A stretch of 64,000 nt of DNA from Leucoraja ocellata (lineage: Eukaryota), in NCBI GenBank assembly GCA_036785375.1, contig JAWMAR010000386.1:1612001-1676000 (forward strand). Reading direction: 5' to 3'. The stretch's first letter is position 1; the number at the start of each line of letters is the position of its first letter. Positions 50,450 through 63,829 of the stretch are shown piece after piece. The notes below the pieces were generated by a model. That model saw only the letters and a program-made list of their open reading frames with translations. It did no database searches and had not been told where the DNA came from. Made by a program: the position numbers and the translations under genes.

Positions 50450-51305
50450 TCCACTGCCACAACAGCACTGGTTGAGTGAGGCCAAATGCAAGGTAGAGGA
50501 ACAGCAACTCATTTTTCACTTGGGCACCTTACAACTCAGTGGTAATACATTTGATTTCTCCAAGTAACCCTCACTTTCCCTCGCTCTCCATCCCTCCCCC
50601 ACCCTAGTTCTCCCGACTAGTTTCACTGACCTCCAATTAATTTTACTGTGTGTATGCCTTGTTGTCAGCTTCCCCTCAGCCAACAATGAACCATTCTAGG
50701 GTACACAAAAAAGCTGGAGAAACTCAGCAGGTGCAGCAGCATCTATGGTGCGAAGGAAATAGGCAACGTTTCGGGCCGAAACCCTTAATCAGACTGGACC
50801 ATTCTTCAGACAGAATGAACCATTCTATATTTCCTTGATGGTTACACAGAAAAGCTGGAGAAACTCAGCGGGTGCAGCAGCATCTATGGAGCGAAGGAAA
50901 TAGGCAACGTTTCGGGCCGAAACCCTTCTTCAGACTGATCAGGGGTGGGGGTGGGTGGGGACAAGAAAGGGAAAAGGAGGAGTAGCCGGAAGGCTGGAGG
51001 GTGGGAGGAGACAGCAGGGGAGCTGAGGAAGGGGAGGAGACAGCAAGGACTAACAGAATTGGGAGAAGTCGATGTTCATGCCCCCGGGGTGCAGACTCCC
51101 CAAACGGAATATGAGGTGATTTCCTTGATCATTGTCTGCTTTGAACTGTCGTTTTCACACCTTACATTCTCTTTGTACCCTTCCATATCTCCAGTTTCCC
51201 TCTCCTCAGACTCAGTCTGAAGAAGGGTCTCGTCCTGAAACGCCACCCATTCCTTCTCTCCAGAGATGCAGCTTGTCCTGCTGAGTTACTCCAGCATTTG
51301 TATCT
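50450..51305 (+). mobile_element. Older Penelope-derived element interrupted by two younger antisense Penelope 3' ends (50699-50813, 50840-51118)
   Basis: Degenerate GIY-YIG tail (gaggaacagcaactcattttt...) and 3' UTR with CTGAAGAAGGGTCTCG near 51227. The two inserts are flanked by direct repeats AATGAACCATTCTA (50685-50698, 50814-50827) and ATTTCCTTGAT (50829-50839, 51119-51129). Confidence 0.85.
50906..50933 (-). ncRNA. Minimal hammerhead ribozyme core (sense to fstl5 pre-mRNA)
   Basis: Minus strand reads CTGAAGAAGGGTTTCGGCCCGAAACGTT. Confidence 0.68.
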
Positions 51306-51306
51306 A

Positions 51307-51561
<255 letters not shown>

Positions 51562-53238
51562 TTACACTGAAGTAAGGACAACCGAAGAACAACTTTTAAT
51601 TTATGAATCAGCAACAGAAATGCAAAACTGTTGCAATATGCAATATGCAAGAGAAAAAGGAGCCTTCAAGAAAGCCTGACAAATCTCATTTAAACAAATG
51701 TCAACACAATAAACATATATTAGCTATTCCAACCTGTCAGGTTCCTTAAACGATATCTGTGTGACTTACTGATGGGCAATAATTTACTGATAACACTACA
51801 CATTACTTCCATGCTTTTAAATATTTCTAAATATATAAGCTACACACGTCTCTTTAACTGGATTTACTTTCTTAGATGCATTAGTTTTTGTCTTCAGCAT
51901 CTATCAACTGTGTATTTTCGCACATTTTCTATCACTGTCAGATTTTATTACATTCTGTTACTTTCCCTTCTTGAAAGCTATAAAATTCACATCTACTGTA
52001 CATTATCAGAAATTGTCTACTAGTTCCCACTTGAGTGGAGTGCTATCATAGGCAGTGATAAACAGTGAAAGGTATTCTGGACTGAAAGATATGTTTCTGG
52101 TGGGATGGTTCCTGGAGAACTACCAGCAACATCCACTTCATGGGTCAGTTTACTGGCCGTGCAAGGAAATTTGGAAGTCAGGGGTGAGCTAGAAGTCAGA
52201 CGTCAGTGCATCCACTCTCCAGTTCCGCCACTGGACTCACTAAAGAGCCATGGATGGAGCGCAACCATCCAGAGTTGAGGGGAAGCGAGGACAGTATTTC
52301 ACATGGAGCCGAACATTGACACAAAAAGCTGGAGTAATTCAGCAGGACAGGCAGCATCTCTGGAGAGAAGGAATAGATGACGTTTCGGGTCGATACCCTT
52401 CTTCACATGGAGCCATCAGTTTTACAACAAGTATGGCTGCCATTCAGTTGATTAGGTTTACTGATCTCAATTAAAAATGCAAGAATATTTTTTTTTATTT
52501 TAAGTTATTTTTACATATATTTTTTTAAATTATAGTGTCATAGAGTCTTACAGTGTGCAACAGGCTAATCGGCCCAACTTGCCCACGTCGGCCAATATGT
52601 TCCATCTACACTAGTCCCACCTGCATGCGTTAGGCACATTTCCCTCTAAACCTGTCATATCCATGTACCTGTATAATTCTTTCTTAATGTTTTTAATTAA
52701 TTTCTCATTGTTCAAGTTATTTCCACTTGAATCAATTTTTTCCCTACTATACTCCACATTTGTTTTAATCTATTTGTACATGTAAACCACATTTCACTTA
52801 ACCATAATGAACTATTGATAAGCCTTCAGGATATTCTGGGTTTGAAGCCTCAGGAGTCATTACCTGGGGCCGGCCTAGTCATTGTTCTAGCCAACTCTAT
52901 TTTCGAGCACAGCCAAGCCAGCCAGTCCTTAAGCTCAATTAGAACTGCTGTCACAGCTACGCAGCTGCAGGAAAACATCTTTGTCATCCATACAATTGAA
53001 ACAAAAAATATAAAGGTCCATAAATGTCCCGCAGCAGTGAACCGCCCACACTCTCAGCTTCCCAATCCATTAAAGCCTGCACTCACCTTGTGCCAAACTC
53101 CCAGTGAAAACTTCCTTGGAGAAGAACTTGCAATATTTATCATTGAAGCCTTCTGCTCACAAAATAATTATTAAGAACTATCAGTCTGCCCAAAATATGC
53201 TGAAGAAAACGTTGACAGATGTCAAAGGCATATCCTAA

Positions 53239-53464
53239 TGCCCCTGTCCCACTTAGGAAACCTTAACAGAAACCTCTGGAGACTTTGCGCTCCACCCAAG
53301 GTTTCCGTGTAGTTCCCGGAGGTTGCAGGTGGTTGCCGGAGGTTGCAGGTAGTGGAATCAGGTAGGGAGACTGACAAAAACCTTCGGGAACCACACGGAA
53401 ACCTTGGGTGGGGCACAAGGTTGCCAGAGGTTTCTGTTCAGGTTTCCTAAGTGGGACAAGGGCA
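53239..53464. mobile_element. Short MITE of the same family as 28606-29346
   Basis: ~70-bp imperfect TIRs tgcccctgtcccacttaggaaacc...; flanked TAA/TTA. Confidence 0.82.
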
Positions 53465-53902
53465 TTAATCTTAACCATCTGTCAGAACTTCAGAAAGATA
53501 TAGATATTTGCAAATAAACCTCAGAAATTTATAAAAAGTTCCAATATCATGGATTTTTCTATAAACTTCTCATGTATTTTTATATCTCATTCGGCTCTGG
53601 GGATTAATTCACGTTTATGACCACTCAGGCATCCAATACCTCCTCACTTTTAATGATATGTTCTGGAATTAGTTTCTCCTTCTGAATTCACCAATTACGA
53701 CATCTTTCTCCTGAATAAAGAGAGATATATGGCAATGAAGATGAATGGTAATTGTGGAGGATAGATAGCTATTATGAACTGGGTTGAATGGAGAGAATGG
53801 GGCCCAAGACCAGGCTGAAATTCAGGGCTCAGGAGAGAATGAATGAGAGTTATTGTGTCAAGATGTTTCAGAGGTTGGACTGCCTGGGAAGCATTCACGC
53901 AT

Positions 53903-54470
53903 GTCTCCCCCCTCGACTACATCCAAGGACCAAATCAGTCTTTCCAGGTGAGGCAGAGGTTTGCCTGCACCTCCTCCAACCTCATCTACTGCATCCGCTG
54001 TTCTAGCTGTCAACGTCTCTACATTGGCGAAACCAAGCGCAGGCTTGGCGATCGCCTTGCTGAACACCTCCGCCCAGTCCATCTTAACCAACCTGATCGC
54101 CCGGTTGCTCAGCACTTCAACTCCCCCTCCCAGTCCCACTCAGACCTTTCTGTCCTGGGCCTCCTCAATTGCCAGAGTGAGGCCCAGCGCAAATTGGAGG
54201 AGCAGCACCTCATATTTTGCTTGGGTAGTTTACACCCCAGCGGTATGAACATTGACTTCTCTAATTTTAGAAAGTCCTTGCTTTCTCCCTCCTTCACCTC
54301 CCCCTTCCCAGTTCTCCCTCGCCCAACTGTCCCCGCCTACATCCTATCTCCCGCCCCCCCTGACATCAGTCTGAAGAAGGGTCTCGACCCGAAACGTCGT
54401 CAATTTCTTCTCTCCATAGATGCTGCCTCACTCGCTGAGTTTCTCCAGCATTGTTTGTCTACCTTCCTTA
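53903..54470 (+). mobile_element. Penelope-like element 3' fragment (GIY-YIG domain + 3' UTR)
   Basis: ORF 53843-54523 contains CTSSNLIYCIRCSSCQRLYIGETKRRLGDRLAEH; hammerhead core at 54371. Confidence 0.88.
54371..54398 (+). ncRNA. Minimal hammerhead ribozyme core
   Basis: CTGAAGA-A-GGGTC tc GACCC-GAAA-CGTC with a GUC cleavage triplet. Confidence 0.68.
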
Positions 54471-56169
54471 AATGGATGTTGACCTACTGTAACACTGGAT
54501 GTTCACTAACTGTGAAGATATGATGCTATACAAGAGCCCTTCACTGTCTATGGATCATGCTTGCATGGAGTCAAACCAAGAATTATTGTCATTATATGTA
54601 TATAAACACCATGGTGTGGGTGCACAGATGCTCAGAAAAGTCCAAGGAAAACTCCAAACATTTGCATTAGCTGTATCTTCATGATTTTTCTGTATGGGTG
54701 ATTTTTCATTAAAATTGAATCATGTGGCGTGCATCATCCAATTTCAAGGACTGTTACAATCTTCATTTGACTGTGGCAGTCTAAGGTCTGAAAAGAGCGA
54801 TGGGAATGTATTTTCCAATCGGATCTTTTGGAGCCCAAGGTCAAATAGTGCTATATATGCCAGATATTTGTTTGCTCCTCGGTTGCACCATTAAGCATTC
54901 ATCAAAAACTGGTAAGATATTTTCCAAACTGACCAACATGATGCGAGGTAGAAACTAAAGTCTCTAGAAAGAAATTACGATAGCAGAATAAAATGCACAA
55001 AGCAAACCACATTACATATTCAATGCATGTAGCTGATAATGAATTTCTCCCACTTGGTTTGCTAGAATGTTAATGCAATTAAATTTTATGTGATAAATGA
55101 ATACAAATAATGTATTGTCTGAATCTGCACTTTTGAGTTTTATTCCAATTCGACAGTTTAGTTCAATGGTTCCCCTCTTCACTGTTTGTTAATTATCTAA
55201 AACCATTGCGAAATATATATACACAATATACATTAAGAACCACGAGCTGAGTTTGCCCCAAGGAATCAGACTCACTGGTTTCATATATTCAAATAAATGG
55301 CAAATAAACAATACAAAAACCATCACCAATATAATATTTTAACTCAAGTTGACAAGACTTTCTTTAAACTTCAATTATTTTCAAAAAACAATTATCAATT
55401 TATTTTTAAAGCCAACAGAACCGTGAGATCAGATGGTTTGTTTCAAATTCAAGTAAACTCAAGCAAAGATAGCAGGTGTCTAAAGCATAGCCAACATACT
55501 GTAGATCAGAGAGCTTGAAAGTATTTCAGCTACTGAGTCTTTTCATTATGTTCATTCTTGCATTCATTCCTGTGGAATTCTTTACACACAGATTCGAACA
55601 AAGAAATTGTACAAAGATCTTCACAGAACACTGACTTGCTAATGGCTTTCAAAAAGATAATTAATCCTATTCGAAGTACATTTCATGGTTGGAGGTTAGA
55701 AATGAACGAGAATCATTAAAGACATGATAAGGGATGACATGTAAGTAAACGGAGACTTGCTAACAGCTAGATTGCATAAAGTCTGCAAGTAGCATAACTT
55801 ATTTCTCACATGAGCATTGTAGGCTTTAGGTAATCACACCCAAAAGGCAGTGGATGTCATATAAAGAATACTAAACAGTGTGGTAAAATGTCACACAGTC
55901 AAACTTGAATGGGTCAGCAGAACTAAAATATAGTTCAGTTCACCAAGACTATCAAACTGCATAGACACGAAAAAGCTAGAGTGACTTAGCAGGTCAGACA
56001 GTATCTCTGGAGAAAAGGAATAGGTGGCGTTTTGGGTCGAGAACCGAATATCAAATTGCATGTTTAGTGCACAAGGCAGAAGGAGAGTTTTGAAACCTGC
56101 TGCACTCTGCAGGCATCCAGCACATTCACACCATATGTTATGACAGGCTAACAGAAACCCCAAGAAGTA

Positions 56170-56590
56170 GACTGGGATCTTGAGGCACGAATTTTTATGA
56201 TAAGAATGCAAAGGGGTTTACAAGGGCACTCGTGTCAGAATGGGGACGGGAAGAATGCAGATTTCTGAAACATGGTCATTTATTTATCTCATCACGTTCA
56301 GCAAGTTGAATGAAAAGTTAGAGGGAAACTTCCCGTTTTCAGATGGTTCAAAGATTGGGCTGCGGGAGGAGGTGAACATTTTCTATATTGAACAACAAGT
56401 AGCACAACATGTGAGGAATACTTGTTTCACACAAAGGCTACTATGATTTGGAATTCACCGTCAGAGGGCTGATAGAAGTAGATTCAAACGGTGCGTTTCA
56501 CAGTGGACTGGATAAGCACTTGAGAAGAATAATTTGCAAGGCCATTGGGAAGGAGCAGAGCAATGAATTGTATTGGTTGATATGGGCCAC
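56170..56590 (+). mobile_element. Old CR1 3' fragment
   Basis: Degenerate ...FTQR...IWNSPSE..IEVDS...F...LDKHL. Confidence 0.55.
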
Positions 56591-56634
56591 AAAAACAGAC
56601 TATTTAGCTAAGCCATCAGCTTAGCCTTCTAGAT

Positions 56635-56922
56635 GTAGCAACAAGGAACTGCAGGTGCTGGTTTACAAAATAAATCCCAAAGTGCTGGAATATTTCAACG
56701 GGTCAAGGCAGCATCCCTGAAGAACATAGATAGGTGACGTTTCGGGTCGGGACCCTTCTTCAACCTGCAGGATGTCGCTCTATTTCCTTTTGTTTAAGAA
56801 GGAACTGCAGATGTTGGAAAATCGAAGGTAGACAAAAATGCTGGAGAAACTCAGCGGGTGAGGCAGCATCTATGGAGCGAAAGAAATAGGCAACGTTTCC
56901 AGTCGAAACCCTTCTTCAGACT
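56635..56922 (-). mobile_element. Two tandem Penelope-type 3' ends
   Basis: Two successive aaggaactgcag...gctgg...acgtttc...cccttcttca units (~56635-56762 and ~56790-56922). Confidence 0.75.
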
Positions 56923-57843
56923 CTTTCCTTCCTCATTTGTGTTCACAGCCTCCGTTTGAGACAGCACAGTCTGTCCCTACGTTTAGAAGTGAGCCTGCGA
57001 CAGTTAATTACGATGTCTCTCTCTGGTATTGCTCCTGCTTTGCTTTTGGCAAAGTTCTGCAAAAACATCACATTGTAAGGGATTTTTCATCTGTAAACTC
57101 AAGGCCCTTGATGTCTACAGAATATGAACACTACATCATTGATACTTGTGTTGGTACAAGTAAACCGTAAACATTGTAATTCTTATTTGCACTTGATATT
57201 CATTGCCTTTGTTCAGATACAATCTGAATGATTCCAGAGCTGACAAAAAGCCAGTTTGTTGACTGCCAACTGATATTGATATGTGCAGAGTAATAAGATT
57301 AACTTTTCATATATGCAAGTCATATGCATGACTTGATCACATGTATGATTGATCGACGGCCACTGCAGTTCCCAAACTGATGTTTATGTGATTAGTTTTC
57401 CACAAGTGTTGAGCCATGCATTATTTAGAGTCACTGAGAAGGAACAGATAGAGAGAAGGGCACAACATGTTGCAAGAATTGATATTGCTGACTGAACGGT
57501 GGAAGGAAGGTCAATGAGCAATTTAAATAAAAATGTAAGGTGTGATCAGTTTATTGAGCTGTCTGCACCTTCTCTCATAAAGCCATCTTATAGTCTGGTT
57601 TTAATTAAGGCAATTAAGAATTGATTCCAAAGCTACTGGTAATTATTTTGCCTTTTATTATTATATGCTGAGGCATATGGTTAGTCCATATGACTGGTGA
57701 CTCCATAATATTTTACTACAGGTATTGGAATTCACCGTTACAATGGCAGTCAAGTGAATTTTCATGAACCAAAGCCTTAGCATCTTACATTTGAAATGAA
57801 AAGTGCACAACTAATTATCGCTTTCAATCCCATATACTCTTTA

Positions 57844-58101
<258 letters not shown>

Positions 58102-58490
58102 TCAGAATACAAATTACAGCAGGTATTAAAAGTCAAGCCAAGATTCAGCATGCCTTCTTCTGATACTAAGCAGATTCTAACATTATGCAAATAATTGCCT
58201 TCGCTGAAAATAATGCACGCCAGAATTCAACTTGAGTGTGTTAGCTGATGAACTATAATAACACCCAGAGGAATTCAATGCGCGTGTATGTTAATCAATG
58301 TGATGTGGTAACAATAGCAATGGGCACTTGTGTCTGCCATTCTTTGAACTATCATAACACACAGATCAATGAGTTAAGGGTGTATCACTAGTGCACTTTA
58401 ATGACACACAGAGAGTGATTCATTGGTTACACAGAAAAGCTGGAGAAACTCAGCGGGTGCAGCAGCATCTATGGAGCGAAGGAAATAGGC

Positions 58491-58518
58491 AACGTTTCGG
58501 GCCGAAACCCTTCTTCAG
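58491..58518 (-). ncRNA. Minimal hammerhead ribozyme core (inverted pLTR arm; sense to fstl5 pre-mRNA)
   Basis: Reverse complement of 60349-60376. Confidence 0.68.
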
Positions 58519-60348
58519 ACTGATCGGGGGTGGGGGTGGGTGGGGACAAGAAAGGGAAAAGGAGGAGTAGCCAGAAGGCTGGAGGGTGGGAGGAGACAGC
58601 AGGGGAGCTGAGGAAGGGGAGGAGACAGCAAGGACTAACAGAATTGGGAGAATTCGATGTTCATGCCCCGGGGGTGTAGACTCCCCAAACGGAATATGAG
58701 GTGCTGTTCCTCCAATTTCCGGTGCTGCTCGCTGTGGCCATGGAGGAGACCCAGGACAGAGAGGTCGGAGGCGGAGTGGGAGGGGGAGTTGAAGTGCTGA
58801 GCCACCGGGAGGTCAGCTTGGTTATTGCGGACCGAGCGGAGGTGTTCGGCGAAACGATCGCCCAACCTCCGCTTGGTCTCACCGATATAGATCTGCTGGC
58901 ATCTAGAGCAGCGGACGCAATAGATGAGGTTGGAAGAGATGCAGGTAAACCTCTGTCGCACCTGGAACGACTGCTTGGGTCCTTGAACGGAGTCGAGGGG
59001 GGAGGCAAAGGGACAAGTGTTGCATCTCCTGCGGCCGCAAGGGAAAGTGCCCGGGGAGGGGGTGGACCGAGAGGGAAGGGAAGAATTGACAAGGGAGTTA
59101 TGGAGGGAGCGTTACGTCGAGCAATCCTTGTTCAATACATACCAGGGCCCCATCCCCAACCTCTACCTCCGCTACATCGACGACTGCTTTGGTGCCACCT
59201 CCTGCACCCGCACACAACTGACTGACTTCATCCACTTCACCACTAATTTCCATCCGGCACTGAAATACACCTGGACCATTTCCGACACTTCCCTACCATT
59301 CCTTGACCTCACTATCTCCATTGCAGGTGATAGACTTCTAACCGACATACACTATAAACCCACTGACTCCCATGGCTATCTGGACTACACTTCTTCCCAC
59401 CCTGCTTCCTGTAAGGACTCCATCCCCTACTCCCAATTCCTCCGTCTACGCCGCATCTGCTCCACGGATGAGGCGTTCCACACCAGGACATCTGAAATGT
59501 CCTCACTATTCAGGGAACGGGGGTTCCCCTCCTCCACCATAAATGAGGCTCGCACCAGGGTCTCTTCCATACCCCGCAACACTGCTCTCTCTCCCCATCC
59601 CCGCACTCGCAACAAGGGCCGAGTCCCCCTAGTCCTCACCTTTCACCCCACCAGCCGTCACATAAAAAAATAATCCTCCGTCAGTTTCGCCACCTCCAAC
59701 GTGACCCCACTACTCGCCACATCTTCCCATCTCCCCCCATATCTGCCTTCCGCAAAGACCGCTCCCTCCATAACTCCCTTGTCAATTCTTCCCTTCCCTC
59801 TCGGTCCACCCCCTCCCCGGGCACTTTCCCTTGCGGCCGCAGGAGATGCAACACTTGTCCCTTTGCCTCCCCCCTCGACTCCGTTCAAGGACCCAAGCAG
59901 TCGTTCCAGGTGCGACAGAGGTTTACCTGCATCTCTTCCAACCTCATCTATTGCGTCCGCTGCTCTAGATGCCAGCAGATCTATATCGGTGAGACCAAGC
60001 GGAGGTTGGGCGATCGTTTCGCCGAACACCTCCGCTCGGTCCGCAATAACCAAGCTGACCTCCCGGTGGCTCAGCACTTCAACTCCCCCTCCCACTCCGC
60101 CTCCGACCTCTCTGTCCTGGGTCTCCTCCATGGCCACAGCGAGCAGCACCGGAAATTGGAGGAACAGCACCTCATATTCCGTTTGGGGAGTCTACACCCC
60201 CGGGGCATGAACATCGAATTCTCCCAATTCTGTTAGTCCTTGCTGTCTCCTCCCCTTCCTCAGCTCCCCTGCTGTCTCCTCCCACCCTCCAGCCTTCTGG
60301 CTACTCCTCCTTTTCCCTTTCTTGTCCCCACCCACACCCCCGATCAGT

Positions 60349-60376
60349 CTGAAGAAGGGTTTCGGCCCGAAACGTT
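60349..60376 (+). ncRNA. Minimal hammerhead ribozyme core in Penelope pLTR
   Basis: CTGAAGA-A-GGG tttcgg CCC-GAAA-CGTT: CUGANGA box, helix II, GAAA box, palindromic ACGU in place of helix III and an NUH site. Minimal type I hammerheads are established features of metazoan PLEs. Helix I looks weak, so activity is unproven. Confidence 0.7.
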
Positions 60377-61472
60377 GCCTATTTCCTTCGCTCCATAGAT
60401 GCTGCTGCACCCGCTGAGTTTCTCCAGCTTTTCTGTGTAACCTTCGATTCTCCAGCATCTGCAGTTCCCTCTTAAACACGAGAGTGATTCATTGCTCCTG
60501 TTAGCTAAGCAAAAGTAATAGACTAAACGCAACATAAGTTAGACACTGCTCCGAATAATATTTTTACATGAATCTCTCCATTACAATCACACAGAATGAT
60601 TCAATGCAAATGTGTTATCCAGTCTATAATTATATCAATCAGGAGAACCCGATGCTTACGTTTCGTTAAGGTGCTGTAATAACCCAAAAGAGTATTGACA
60701 TGAAATCGTTAGCCAACGGACAATAAACAAAAACAGAGAAATCGGTTTGTCTGTGCCTTTCAGAAACTTTGTCATGATGGCGATTGGAAAAGAGTGTTGA
60801 TGTTGGGCATGAACAGTACATGGCTGCCCCATTGTGGCAAACAGAGTGTGATTAGAGGCTCGGGCTGTGGTCATTTATCTGGAAATGGTGATCGTACTGA
60901 TTCACTGATCCTGCATTTGAGATCTGAGGATTTTTGGAAGACAGCAGTTGGCTACCTCTCCCGTTCTTCAGATGCCTTTTGCAGGTAGTTCAAGAGGGGT
61001 CGCTATTGCCTGGTAGACCATGAGCTCTTAGCTGGGTCTTCATTGTTGAATATTCCTGTCAAAGTCAAAGCCTGAGCTAGTGCACTGAAGATAATGGTAG
61101 ATTGAGGATAATGGCGAACTACTTCCATATCTGAGGAGCCATCCCTTGGCAATGCCTACCTTCACTGAGTGGTGGCTCCTGCGATATGGAAATGGTTAAC
61201 ATATACCACGGTCCAGTCATGGAAGTTTATTATTATAAATACAGAAAATATTTGTTTAGCGGAACTTAAGCATTAGGCCCATTCTGTCGTACACTTCAGT
61301 TAATGTCAACAATGACTCAGAACTTGTCCTCCTTAAGCATGCATAAGCAAACATCCAATGTGATGGATGATATCAGGCTGACTCTGGTACATAGCAGTGG
61401 GAAGCTTGTAAGAGGTGAAGTGCAGAAATGCAGTGAAATGAAGTGAGATAAAGAGTAGGACAATGCCACAGC

Positions 61473-62379
61473 CAGTGGCGGAAATCCTGGGGGGGGGGGG
61501 GGGGGGGGCAGGGGGGGGGCAGGGGGAACGCCCTCTGTTTTGAGAGGTGGGGGATGATTGCCCCCCCATTTTTTGTAACCCGGATTTGAAAATCCGGTGA
61601 AATCTCAGCTTACCGCGAGACAGTGGGGGTGGGACTGCTGATCGAGGACGCTGATTGGATGAGAGAGACGTCGGTCAGCAGGCAATGGGGGCGGGACATG
61701 ATAATGCAATGCGATGATTGAAGGAGGGAGGTGTCGGTCAGAGGCGGATGTATAGGAGTGGGACTGAGGATAGGGTGCGGTGATTGGAAGAGGGAGATGT
61801 GCCTGGGTCACAAGGTCACCACGGCAGCTCTGGACACAGACCTGCGCCTCATCCGCAGGCAGGATCGATCTCCGGCGCTGCAATCGCTGCCAAACCACCA
61901 CTGGACCATCCCCGTCCCCACCCGAGTGCCCCCCCCCCCCCTCCCCCCCAGGCCCGGGAGTAGCCAGAGAGGTCGGGAGTCAGACGGGCGCGGTGCCCCC
62001 AGGCCCACAGCCAGCACAGAGAAGCAGTGCTAAACCCAGCTCAACACTGCCTCTCCCGCCGGGTTAACCTACAGCCCTGTCTGGACTTACGGGATATATG
62101 GCCCAGGCTTGCAGCCAGTGCGGAGAAGCAGCGCTGGCTCTAATGCTCCGGACTGGTATTCCGTCAGTCCAGGCAAGGCTGGAGGTTAACCCGGAGAGAC
62201 AGGCAGAGTTGAGCTGTATTTAGCGCTGGATTGAGCTGTAATTACCGTTCACAGGGCCCACGGCAGAAGCCATCGAAGCCTCGCGTGTGAGTGTGCGCAT
62301 GCGCGTGCGGCCGCCAAGAAATTGTGTCCCCCCCTGTCCCCCGGTCCCCTCCATATTTTGAAAGCGATTTCCATCACTG
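61473..62379. mobile_element. Non-autonomous hAT-type DNA transposon, 907 bp
   Basis: TIRs cagtggcggaaatc / gatttccatcactg; perfect 8-bp TSD GCCACAGC (61465-61472, 62380-62387). Confidence 0.9.
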
Positions 62380-62439
62380 GCCACAGCTTTGGTCAACACC
62401 AATCTTTACTTTACTGTTGCAGACACATTAGTTCAGATC

Positions 62440-63033
62440 AGTACTCGTGTGCCATTAGATTCAGCATGGTCCACTGCTCTGAAAGGTTAGATCCGGGGAC
62501 AGCTGGCTAACTAGATACATATCTGGCTTCCTGGTAGGAAGCAGAGGATAGTCGTGGGTGGTTGCTTTTTGGATTGGAGGCCTGTGACTGGTGGTATGTC
62601 CCACAGATCAGTGTTGGACTCATTGCTGTTTGTTTTTGATATCAATGATTTGGAAGAAAATGAACAAGGCATGATTAGTAAGTTTGGAGATGATCCAAAA
62701 ATAGGTGGTATCGTGGACAGGATATCAAGAAATCCAGCGGGATCTTTAACAGCTGGGTAAATAGGCCAAAAAATGGCAAATAGAATTTAATACCGGGAAA
62801 CGTGAGGGATTGCATTTTGGAATTCAAACCAGTAGGAATTTCACAGCGCAGGCAAGGGTCCTGGGGAGTGTTTTAGGACAAGGGAATCTTGGAGTACAAG
62901 TATATAGTTCCTTGAAACTGACCCACAGATTGATAGGGTGGTGAAGAAGGCCTTTGGCATGCTGACATTTATCAGTCAGGAAATTGACTATAGAAGTTGG
63001 GACACGACAGTTTTTCAAGCTGTTGGTGAGGCC
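62440..63033 (+). mobile_element. CR1 RT fragment
   Basis: WRPVTGGMSHRSVLDSLLFVFDINDLEEN..GMISKFGDDPKIGG; VVKKAFGML. Confidence 0.82.
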
Positions 63034-63036
63034 TTA

Positions 63037-63716
63037 AGGGCCTGTCCCACTTAGGCAACTTTTTTGGCGACAGTCGGCCACAGTCACTGTCGTGGCATGA
63101 CACCGAGAAACAGCCTCCCACGACAATGTCTACGACAGGCTGCCTCAAAGTCGACGTCAAGCTACGATGAGCTACGTCAATTGGAGTCCCAATTCGTTGT
63201 GGCATGCGACGTCAACCCACGACAGCACCTACAACAGCCCACGACAGCACCTACAACAGCCCACGACAACCGAAGTCAATCTATGTCAGCCCCCAACAAG
63301 CTACGATCCTGACGACGTCAGCTGACGGTAGGTGGAGAGGTGCACTTTTTATTAAATGACGCAACACGACTTCTCGTGACGCCGACACTGTCGCCGATTG
63401 ACCTAGCATGACGTAGGCTGCCGCCACTTGAATTCACCGAAGTCAGCAACCGGCGACAGCCAACATCTCAAGGCATCAACCTGGTGACAGCCTACAACAG
63501 CACCTACGCCAGGAGAGGTCACGCAAGGCAAGCGAACTGTCGCCAAGAGGTGTTGAACATTTCAAAATCCAAGCGGCGACAAGAAAAAGGCCACGAGACT
63601 CGACTCGAGGCAACAGCTCATGACAATACAGGCGTCACGCCACGTCACCCCGCCACCATGTGGTGACAGCCTATCTTCCGCCTGTCGCCAAAAAAGTCAC
63701 CTGTGGGACAGGCCCT
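63037..63716. mobile_element. MITE, PIF/Harbinger-like
   Basis: TIRs agggcctgtcccac / gtgggacaggccct; TTA on both sides; internal cgac-rich repeats. A one-ended relative lies at ~2019-2180. Confidence 0.85.
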
Positions 63717-63829
63717 TTAGATGGGGACAGGCACTGGACTCGCGTTCATCTTCAAGAAAGGAGTCAAATTTAATTGCGATAATTACAGAAGGGTTTACCT
63801 GCTGTTTGCTATACGGTGTGTCATAGCTC

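Larger units (their letters stand above)
58426..60479 (+). mobile_element. Penelope-like element, 5'-truncated, with inverted pseudo-LTR (fold-back)
   Basis: The forward part 59113-60479 encodes RT (YLRYIDD, LPFLD, YKPTD) and GIY-YIG endonuclease (NLIYCVRC...YIGETKRRLGDRFAEH). 58425-59111 is the reverse complement of 59760-60442. Flanked by direct repeat GAGAGTGATTCATTG (58411-58425, 60480-60494). One 1-bp frameshift at ~59665. Confidence 0.93.

Noticed and set aside
60780-61220. Possible rearranged RTE fragment (LMVYQAI-like on minus, YFHI/YLGS-like on plus)
   Set aside because: Too degraded to call with confidence by eye.
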